Of a stretch of DNA of 5,061 nt, positions 1-4,934 are shown one piece after another. The notes beneath the pieces are model-generated. The model worked only from the letters and a program-made list of their open reading frames with translations. It made no database searches and was not told where the DNA came from. The translations under genes were made by a program, and so were the position numbers. Origin of the DNA: Promethearchaeota archaeon (lineage in GTDB: Archaea; Asgardarchaeota; Odinarchaeia; Odinarchaeales; JBHLKK01); contig JBHLPL010000122.1 in assembly GCA_048939465.1 (NCBI GenBank), positions 1 to 5,061 of the forward strand, read 5' to 3'. Each line of letters begins with the position of its first letter. Within the stretch, counting starts at the first letter, position 1.

Positions 1-286
1 TTAATCTACTGAACGCCAAAGTGATCTGTTCACCACCCTTTTCGTCTATGGCCAGAAGCGCGTTGACAATCCTTTTTATGGTTCGAGTACCTGGTGACTT
101 ACGCCGGCCGCTTTCATAATCACTTATAACAGAAGGGGAAACACCAAAGAAGTCAGCCAAGGCTATTTGAGGAATATGGAACAACTCCCTCCATTTTCGG
201 ATAGTCTTGTAGGGCTTGCTTGAGAGAGCTATTTCTCCCGCTATCCGCCTAGCAAGGCGTTCTTTGGTAGAACGCGGTATGTTCAT
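1..286 (-). CDS. XRE/Cro-type helix-turn-helix transcriptional regulator (archaeal COG1709-like), 3'-truncated by the window edge
   Basis: Manual translation from ATG at 286-284 gives MNIPRSTKERLARRIAGEIALSSKPYKTIRKWRELFHIPQIALADFFGVSPSVISDYESGRRKSPGTRTIKRIVNALLAIDEKGGEQITLAFSRL..., open to position 1. An in-frame TGA two codons upstream fixes the start. IAGEI and the HTH stretch VSPSVISDYESGRRKSPG are typical of this archaeal family. Not in the supplied ORF track. Confidence 0.88.
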   Translation of the reverse strand, partial: MNIPRSTKERLARRIAGEIALSSKPYKTIRKWRELFHIPQIALADFFGVSPSVISDYESGRRKSPGTRTIKRIVNALLAIDEKGGEQITLAFSRL

Positions 287-308
287 ATCTCAAATTCTCT
301 CGAAGGTT

Positions 309-323
309 GTTTATAAGTTTTAG
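309..323 (-). promoter_or_regulatory. BRE/TATA promoter of the HTH gene; probably leaderless or short-leader mRNA
   Basis: Minus strand reads CTAAAA-CTTATAAAC. The TATA box ends about 24 nt before the ATG at 286, and there is no clear Shine-Dalgarno. Confidence 0.6.
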
Positions 324-379
324 ACATTAGAAGCAGGACGAAGATGATTCATGGTGTATAAGTCCATATGCCGATAGAG

Positions 380-387
380 TTAAAAAC
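380..387 (+). promoter_or_regulatory. Putative TATA box of the tRNA-Pro gene
   Basis: TTAAAAAC preceded by purine-rich GATAGAG, 38 nt upstream of the tRNA 5' end, which implies a leader of roughly 12-15 nt. Confidence 0.5.
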
Positions 388-449
388 AAGGTTTTTGTTG
401 CTATAGTATGACTCGACTAGCTCGTGGGCGGGTGGTCTAGCTTGGCTAT

Positions 450-467
450 AGGTTAAGAACCGGCCAA
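450..467 (+). other. tRNA intron 1 (18 nt), position 22/23 in the D arm
   Basis: Central helix GGCU(444-447)/GGCC(462-465), bulges AUA(448-450) and AAG(466-468), inner helix GGUU/AACC. Cutting after the second nucleotide of each bulge restores D-stem strand UGAU. The outer helix is only about 1 bp, so the BHB is relaxed. Confidence 0.88.
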
Positions 468-490
468 GATTCCGGTTTCGGGAACCGGAG

Positions 491-518
491 AAACACTACG
501 CACCGTAGTGTTTCGGAT
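491..518 (+). other. tRNA intron 2 (28 nt), position 45/46 in the variable loop
   Basis: Central helix CCGG(485-488)/UCGG(513-516), bulges AGA(489-491) and AUG(517-519), 9-bp inner helix AACACUACG/CGUAGUGUU. Splicing restores the variable loop AGGUC. Confidence 0.88.
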
Positions 519-532
519 GTCATGGGTTCGAA

Positions 533-560
533 TCCTGAGACAGTTCGTATAGGGCGAAAA
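533..560 (+). other. tRNA intron 3 (28 nt), position 59/60 in the T loop
   Basis: Strict BHB: the outer helix is the T stem AUGGG(522-526)/CCCAU(562-566), central helix UUCG(527-530)/CGAA(555-558), bulges AAU(531-533) and AAU(559-561), inner helix CCU/GGG. Splicing restores UUCGAAU. Confidence 0.9.
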
Positions 561-586
561 TCCCATCCCGCCCACATCAACCATTT

Positions 587-1960
587 TCAGGCCGTGGATG
601 ATTTGTTGATTATTCCTCTTGCCGCAATAATTCCCGTTGCAGCAGCCGTTACAAGGCCCCTGGACAAACCTACGCCGTCCCCAGCCACGAACAAGTTTTC
701 AGTGGTCGTTTCTAGATCCGGATTCGTGTAAAGTCGAAGAGCAGAGAATTTTATTTCTGGAGCATATAACAGCGTTGAGGAACTAGCTACACCAGGCACG
801 ACCGAGTCCAGCTTGTCCAAACCTTCTATAATATCCGTCAGGATACGGTGTGGCAAAGCCATGGCAATATCGCCGGGTGTTACAGACTTTAACGTAGGTC
901 TTACATTACTTCTGGAGATCCTATCCCATGTAGATCTATTTCCGTGTCTGAGATCACCGAGGCGTTGAAGTAGAGGCTTTTTGCCCCCCAGTATGGATAT
1001 TTGGGAGGCGATCGAGCGCGCATAAGCGCTTGTATCTTCTAGGGGTTCAGTCAGAGCTATCCTTACTAAGAAGGCAAAATTACTGTTTTCTGAGGATTTT
1101 CCTACCATTGCATGTCCGTTGACCCCGCAGAAATCATCATATACTTCCGCTACAACAAATCCTTGGTGGTTAACACAGAATGTCCTAAGGAAGTCATCGT
1201 ATGTCTCCGTATAAATACGGAATTTTGGGTCTCGGGCGATTTGTACTATAGGATCAAGTATTACGGCGGGAACCTCAACTCTAACTCCCACATCGATGGG
1301 CTCGTGTCTTGCAGGGATGCCTAGTCTTTCTGCTTCCTTTGCTATCCAGTCTGCCCCGATTCGCCCCGGAGCAGCAATTATATATTTGGCCTTTATCTTG
1401 GTTCCGCCTTTGAGTGTCAATTCACCAGTTTCAATTCGGGTTACTTCTTTTTTCAAAAGAAATTTGACGCCTTTGTTTTCAAGGTAGCTCTTGAAGTTCA
1501 AGACTACCTTAGGAGCGTTGTCAGTTCCAATGTGCCTCTGGGGGATAGGGACAAATTCAATGCCGGCTGCAGCAGCCTTCCTCGAGAGGTTTTCTACATC
1601 CTCAGCATTCGGAGAATAGATCTTCTTTGGGGCTCCAAATGAGACAAAAACCTTGTCTACGTATTTGATAAGTCTCTCAGCGTCCGTTTGATTGCCCACC
1701 AATGATGTTAAATCCCCCCCAATATCAGGTCTGAGATTTAGCAAGCCACTCGACAGAGTCCCGGCACCACCGACTCCACTCATCACGTGACACGGATTAC
1801 ACTTTGTACATAGCGAGAAAGTCGTTATAGGACATTTACGCTTATCTACATCAGACCCTTTATCTACGACCAGTACTTTCATTTTTGTATTATTCAGCAG
1901 TTCATAAGCAGCAAAAAGACCAGCGGGTCCCGCCCCAATTATTACTACATCTGCGTCCAA
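587..1960 (-). CDS. FAD-dependent oxidoreductase/dehydrogenase (COG2509-like), 457 aa, TTG start
   Basis: N-terminal Rossmann motif VVIIGAGPAGLFAA, a Cys cluster C-x7-C-x2-C-x2-C, GVGGAG, a second dinucleotide-binding segment IIAAPGRIG, and the C-terminal FAD motif LFVAGDGVG. GGAGG lies 7 nt upstream of the TTG. Confidence 0.9.
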   Translation of the reverse strand: MDADVVIIGAGPAGLFAAYELLNNTKMKVLVVDKGSDVDKRKCPITTFSLCTKCNPCHVMSGVGGAGTLSSGLLNLRPDIGGDLTSLVGNQTDAERLIKYVDKVFVSFGAPKKIYSPNAEDVENLSRKAAAAGIEFVPIPQRHIGTDNAPKVVLNFKSYLENKGVKFLLKKEVTRIETGELTLKGGTKIKAKYIIAAPGRIGADWIAKEAERLGIPARHEPIDVGVRVEVPAVILDPIVQIARDPKFRIYTETYDDFLRTFCVNHQGFVVAEVYDDFCGVNGHAMVGKSSENSNFAFLVRIALTEPLEDTSAYARSIASQISILGGKKPLLQRLGDLRHGNRSTWDRISRSNVRPTLKSVTPGDIAMALPHRILTDIIEGLDKLDSVVPGVASSSTLLYAPEIKFSALRLYTNPDLETTTENLFVAGDGVGLSRGLVTAAATGIIAARGIINKSSTA

Positions 1961-1967
1961 GATCGAG

Positions 1968-1972
1968 CCTCC
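1968..1972 (-). promoter_or_regulatory. Shine-Dalgarno of the oxidoreductase gene
   Basis: GGAGG on the minus strand, 7 nt before the TTG at 1960. Confidence 0.7.
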
Positions 1973-2016
1973 AGCCTACCAGATATTTCAAACCCAATTA
2001 TCTCGGGGATGATAGA

Positions 2017-2024
2017 AATATAAA
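2017..2024 (-). promoter_or_regulatory. Putative TATA box of the oxidoreductase gene
   Basis: TTTATATT on the minus strand. It would give a leader of about 30 nt containing the Shine-Dalgarno. Confidence 0.45.
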
Positions 2025-2053
2025 GGTATCATTGAAAATGGTGAATTGAAGTG

Positions 2054-2061
2054 TTTTTAAG
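2054..2061 (+). promoter_or_regulatory. Putative TATA box of the SWIM gene
   Basis: TTTTTAAG 35 nt upstream of the ATG at 2097, in the divergent intergenic region. Confidence 0.4.
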
Positions 2062-2096
2062 CGTCCAGCAATGATTGTTAACAAGGTGTCACTCAG

Positions 2097-2519
2097 ATGT
2101 TGAGTCAAGAAGACATTGAGACCATGAATAGGATTAAGAAAAGCAGATGTCTTGCAGGCAGAGATATGGATTGGCTGGCCTCCAAATTCGGAGAGAGATT
2201 TTGGAAAGCGCTGAGAGCTACCATCGAGGGGGCGGTTAATAAGTACATTTTCGAGCCAAGTGGACGGGAAGTATGGATAGTTGTAGGAAAGGCGAGAGAC
2301 TATTTTATAGTTTCTGATCTCTATTGCAGTTGCGAAGATTTTTATATAAGTGTCGTCGTGAGAAAGCGCAGTCCTTTGTGTTATCATATCCTTTCGAAGA
2401 TGTTTGCAGAGATGCTTGGTCTCTTTAACCTATACAAAGTTCATGATGATCGTTACAATGAATTAATAAAAGAGTGGAGGAATACTGAACTGACTCCCGG
2501 TAGAAGGCGGAAAAAGTGA
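2097..2519 (+). CDS. SWIM zinc-finger protein, 140 aa
   Basis: C-x-C-x15-C-x-H motif (YCSCEDFYISVVVRKRSPLCYH, codons 2325-2387), preceded by the beta-strand stretch YIFEPSGREVWIVVGKARDYFIV typical of small archaeal SWIM proteins. The start could be a downstream ATG. Confidence 0.82.
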   Translation: MLSQEDIETMNRIKKSRCLAGRDMDWLASKFGERFWKALRATIEGAVNKYIFEPSGREVWIVVGKARDYFIVSDLYCSCEDFYISVVVRKRSPLCYHILSKMFAEMLGLFNLYKVHDDRYNELIKEWRNTELTPGRRRKK

Positions 2520-2592
2520 TTCTGATAGCCTTTGATGTCTTAAGAAACATTGTAGTTGCACTGGCTATAGTACTATCAATACTTGTCCTGGT

Positions 2593-3552
2593 CTATCTCC
2601 TAACAGGTGAAGGAGAAAAAGAATGAGTAGAATTAAGCTCAGATCTCAGTTCACCTATCGTGGCAATTCGTTCAGCGATTAGGTTGTATTTGTGCAAACT
2701 CTCTTCATTGACGCATCGTACACCGACTAGTGTTTTGCTGGGCAGTTTAGGATGTGCGTCTACCACTCTTCGGAGGATTTCTCGAACAACATCCTCCAGA
2801 AGGCGTGAATTACTGTAAGCATCCAGGATCAGTTTTACTTCATCAGGTCTCTTCAAAATAGAGAACGTTGGTGCGCTTACAGACTCCTCCGCAATCTGAA
2901 TGAGACTTTCTAGATCAACGCGATGCTTGCGGAACGTCTCAATGCGGATATTTACAAGGCATCGTTGAGTATGCGTCAACATGGGAACCAATGAGACCAC
3001 TTTTGAAGATGTCTTCTCGGAGAATTCTAATCTTTTGATCAGCTCCTCTTGGGCATGCTCAGACACAAGCTCTTTTAGACAAGGGCAAATAGTCATTCCA
3101 ACTATTTCTATGCCTATGAAGCGACGAATGCGTATTCTGTTCTGGGCTCTTCTGCCGATTGCCTTGGCGTAGATTTTGCAGTACTCATCGGATATGGAGC
3201 TGCTTGCAGGAGTCTCTCGGACTATGCTATAGTCACTTTTCATCCTGATTTCTGCTTTTGAAGCGTATTCATGTTTCTTCAGCACTTTTTTTGCGATTTT
3301 TGCACAAAAATCTTCCAAGAATCTAATCGGTAGTTGTTTTACCGTGTCAACTACCTCTCGGACGCTCTCCGCACTCCGCGAAATGTGTACTCCCTTCCTG
3401 GTGGAGGGGAGATCCACATAAATGCTAACTTCAGGAAACAATATGTTTATACCATCTTTTCTCAGAGTCTTGATGGATATCTTTAGAGACTCAATACCTA
3501 CGCGAGACACTTTCAATGAAATATCGGGTGTGGTATCGTGAAGATCGCGCAT
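2593..3552 (-). CDS. mptA: GTP cyclohydrolase, MptA (type IV)/FolE2 family, about 319 aa
   Basis: Family motifs: D..P....SRVGI, KGVHISR, MTICPC, THTQR, ILKRPDE, LEDVVRE, ESLH. The start was moved from the ORF-track 3615 to ATG 3552 because the family N-terminus begins there and the extra 21 codons lie over AT-rich promoter DNA. Confidence 0.88.
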   Translation of the reverse strand: MRDLHDTTPDISLKVSRVGIESLKISIKTLRKDGINILFPEVSIYVDLPSTRKGVHISRSAESVREVVDTVKQLPIRFLEDFCAKIAKKVLKKHEYASKAEIRMKSDYSIVRETPASSSISDEYCKIYAKAIGRRAQNRIRIRRFIGIEIVGMTICPCLKELVSEHAQEELIKRLEFSEKTSSKVVSLVPMLTHTQRCLVNIRIETFRKHRVDLESLIQIAEESVSAPTFSILKRPDEVKLILDAYSNSRLLEDVVREILRRVVDAHPKLPSKTLVGVRCVNEESLHKYNLIAERIATIGELRSELNSTHSFSPSPVRR

Positions 3553-3578
3553 GCTGGTTTGCCACCAAATTGTCTTGT

Positions 3579-3606
3579 GATAAAAGGAAGTTAAAGAGCT
3601 TAAAAG
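3579..3606. promoter_or_regulatory. Back-to-back TATA boxes for mptA (minus) and the small hypothetical gene (plus)
   Basis: Minus-strand CTTTTATC (3586-3579) lies about 27 nt before ATG 3552. Plus-strand CTTAAAAG (3599-3606) lies 36 nt before the GGAGG at 3643. Confidence 0.45.
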
Positions 3607-3652
3607 CATTCGCAAAATAAGAGTTATCTAGGAAAATTCCTTGGAGGGTATA

Positions 3653-3892
3653 ATGTTAATGGATGAGGAAAAAAAGGCATCGATTTGGGCTGCGTTCAAC
3701 GATGCTAGACCTCATGTTTCTGAGGGCGAATGGCTGAAGAACAAAATCAGTGAGATCACTGAAAGCATAGACACAGAACAGGAATTCATAAGACTACTCA
3801 GAGAGGAAGAAGAAAAACTAGAAGATTCCATCAGGAAAACAGACATCAGAATATATCTAACACAATTTGAAAGATACGTCACTAAGGATTGA
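3653..3892 (+). CDS. Small acidic, probably helical hypothetical protein (79 aa; 77 aa if it starts at ATG 3659)
   Basis: GGAGG at 3643-3647 precedes in-frame ATGs at 3653 and 3659, so the ORF-track TTG at 3641 overlaps the Shine-Dalgarno. The ORF fills the gap between mptA and tsr3, and the sequence is E/K-rich and amphipathic. No family was recognised. Confidence 0.72.
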   Translation: MLMDEEKKASIWAAFNDARPHVSEGEWLKNKISEITESIDTEQEFIRLLREEEEKLEDSIRKTDIRIYLTQFERYVTKD

Positions 3893-3957
3893 TTTGATCG
3901 ATTAAATTTCAAGCAAGATCAGCTCTTCTATTCAAAACACTCCTCGGAGGAAGGAAT

Positions 3958-4497
3958 ATGCCTGAGTCTAAAAAGATAGGTTCTGCAATCCTGTACGGAT
4001 ACCATACTGGGGAGTGTGACCCCAAAAAATGCACAGCACTCAAACTCAATCGCCACAAACTCATAAAAATCTTTAGACATCTAAGAGATTTGCCAAGAGG
4101 AGCGGTTATTTTAAATCCTTTCTCAGAAGTAGCTTTCTCTCCCCAAGATAAAGAAAGCTGTATAGAGCAGGGGATAGTGGCTATCGACTGCTCGTGGGCC
4201 AAGGCCGACGAGATACTAAGAATGAGATTAGGAGGGGTAAATCGTTGCCTTCCATACCTAATAGCAGCAAATCCAACAAACTACGGTCAGCCATCAAAGC
4301 TAAGCACCGTTGAGGCCCTGGCCGCTTCACTCTTCATCATTGGATTCAAAGATCAGGCTGAAAGAGTGCTATCAATTTTCAAGTGGGGAACCAATTTTTT
4401 GACGTTAAACCAAGAATTACTGGAAGCCTACGCAGAAGCGGGAAATAGCCAAGAAGTAGTAGGCATTCAGAAGGAGTTCATGGAAATCAATAGATAG
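3958..4497 (+). CDS. tsr3: SSU rRNA aminocarboxypropyltransferase Tsr3 (DUF367 family), 179 aa
   Basis: Signature motifs ECDPKKCTALKL, LNPFS, AIDCSW, RCLPYLIAANPTNYG..KLSTVEALAA, FKWG..FL.LN.ELLEAY. GGAGG at 3946-3950 lies 7 nt before the ATG. Confidence 0.95.
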   Translation: MPESKKIGSAILYGYHTGECDPKKCTALKLNRHKLIKIFRHLRDLPRGAVILNPFSEVAFSPQDKESCIEQGIVAIDCSWAKADEILRMRLGGVNRCLPYLIAANPTNYGQPSKLSTVEALAASLFIIGFKDQAERVLSIFKWGTNFLTLNQELLEAYAEAGNSQEVVGIQKEFMEINR

Positions 4498-4872
4498 AGT
4501 TAGGTGAGGAGAGTAGCCCCCCTTCTGTTACGGAAACATCGTCACCAATGTTTCTTTTGCGGCATTCAACTTAGCGCCCTACCCGCTGTCCTTAGTCAGG
4601 CCCTTCATCGACAGCCTATTTGGGCTTTCTCCACGGCGTTGGGCCGTTTCAATGTTTCCATACACATTCTCAACGGGTTACCTGGTCTCGTCGCCAAGAC
4701 TTTTCTCGAGGCAAGAACCTCTCAACCGAATCACAGTCATTTATGCATGGACATTCCGTTTCTGATCCCAGAGCAGGACTCAAATCCTGTGGCTTTCGCC
4801 ACGCCGTTGCCTGAGCGGAGGGGGGAACTTCCTCAGTGAAACACCGGTAGCCGCTTTTCCTCTCCTAACTCT
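4496..4872 (-). ncRNA. rnpB: RNase P RNA, archaeal type A, about 377 nt
   Basis: P4 strands GAGGAAGUUCCCCCC (4834-4820) and AACAGAAGGGGGGCUAC (4529-4513). P1 is 14 bp with one A.A mismatch (4858-4872/4496-4510). P2 GCGGC/GCCGC; P3 CGGUG-UUU-CACUG; P5 CUCC/GGAG; P6 UCAGGC/GCCUGA; P7 ACGGCG/CGCCGU; P8 UGGC-GAAA-GCCA; P9 CAGGAU/GUCCUG. The conserved loops AUCAGAAA and UUGAAACG flank P12. P15 GCCC/GGGC has GGU in L15; P16 GCUGUC/GACAGC; 9-bp P19 with a GUGA loop; no P18. Confidence 0.95.
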
Positions 4873-4897
4873 GTATTATGTTAGGGAAAAATCTGAA

Positions 4898-4909
4898 CTT
4901 AAACGTTTT
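4898..4909 (-). promoter_or_regulatory. BRE/TATA promoter of rnpB
   Basis: Minus strand AAAACG-TTTAAG. The TATA box ends about 25 nt before the 5' end of P1 (4872). Confidence 0.7.
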
Positions 4910-4934
4910 GAGAGAATAATCCTCAGAAACTTGG

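Larger units (their letters stand above)
426..574 (+). tRNA. tRNA-Pro(CGG) with three introns; exons 426-449, 468-490, 519-532, 561-574; CCA not encoded
   Basis: Joined exons give a 75-nt cloverleaf: GGGCGGG UG GUCU AGCUUGGCUA UGAU U CCGGU UUCGGGA ACCGG AGGUC AUGGG UUCGAAU CCCAU CCCGCCC A. It has a 7-bp acceptor stem (426-432/567-573), U8, A14, G15-C48, G18G19, U33, anticodon CGG (479-481), G37, a UUCGAAU T-loop and discriminator A73. Confidence 0.95.

Noticed and set aside
491-513. Perfect 10-bp hairpin that could be read as a long variable arm, terminator or repeat
   Set aside because: It is explained as the inner helix of tRNA intron 2. tRNA-Pro is class I, and splicing restores a normal 5-nt variable loop.
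522-731. ORF of 69 aa on the plus strand
   Set aside because: It starts inside the tRNA T arm and runs antisense to the oxidoreductase, with no recognisable motif.
1112-1487. Two plus-strand ORFs (1112-1324 and 1296-1487)
   Set aside because: They are antisense shadows within the well-supported oxidoreductase CDS.
1998-2387. ORF of 129 aa on the minus strand
   Set aside because: It is antisense to the SWIM gene and crosses a promoter region, with no motif or Shine-Dalgarno.
2521-2580. Short palindromes in the SWIM/mptA convergent gap (TCTTAAGA 2538-2545, ATAGTACTAT 2567-2576) and GCTATAGTA shared with 400-408
   Set aside because: These are short AT-rich matches expected by chance, with no periodicity, CRISPR repeat or consistent operator position.
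2981-3172. ORF of 63 aa on the plus strand
   Set aside because: It is an antisense shadow of mptA.
3553-3615. N-terminal 21-codon extension of mptA in the ORF track
   Set aside because: It lies over AT-rich divergent promoter DNA, and the family-like sequence starts at ATG 3552.
3893-3906. Near-palindrome TTTGATCGATTAAA upstream of tsr3
   Set aside because: It is a single imperfect AT-rich instance with no second copy found in the window.
3712-4202. Minus-strand ORFs 3712-3912 and 3909-4202
   Set aside because: They are shadows of the small acidic gene and tsr3. The Ser-rich composition simply mirrors GAA/GAG codons on the other strand.
4546-4658. 9-nt direct repeat GAAACAUUG in the P12 3' strand and P19 5' strand of rnpB
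   Set aside because: Each copy already has its proper local partner. An alternative pairing is possible but unsupported without covariation data.
4504-4839. Plus-strand ORFs 4504-4839 and 4620-4814
   Set aside because: They lie antisense to the RNase P RNA, which explains the region fully.
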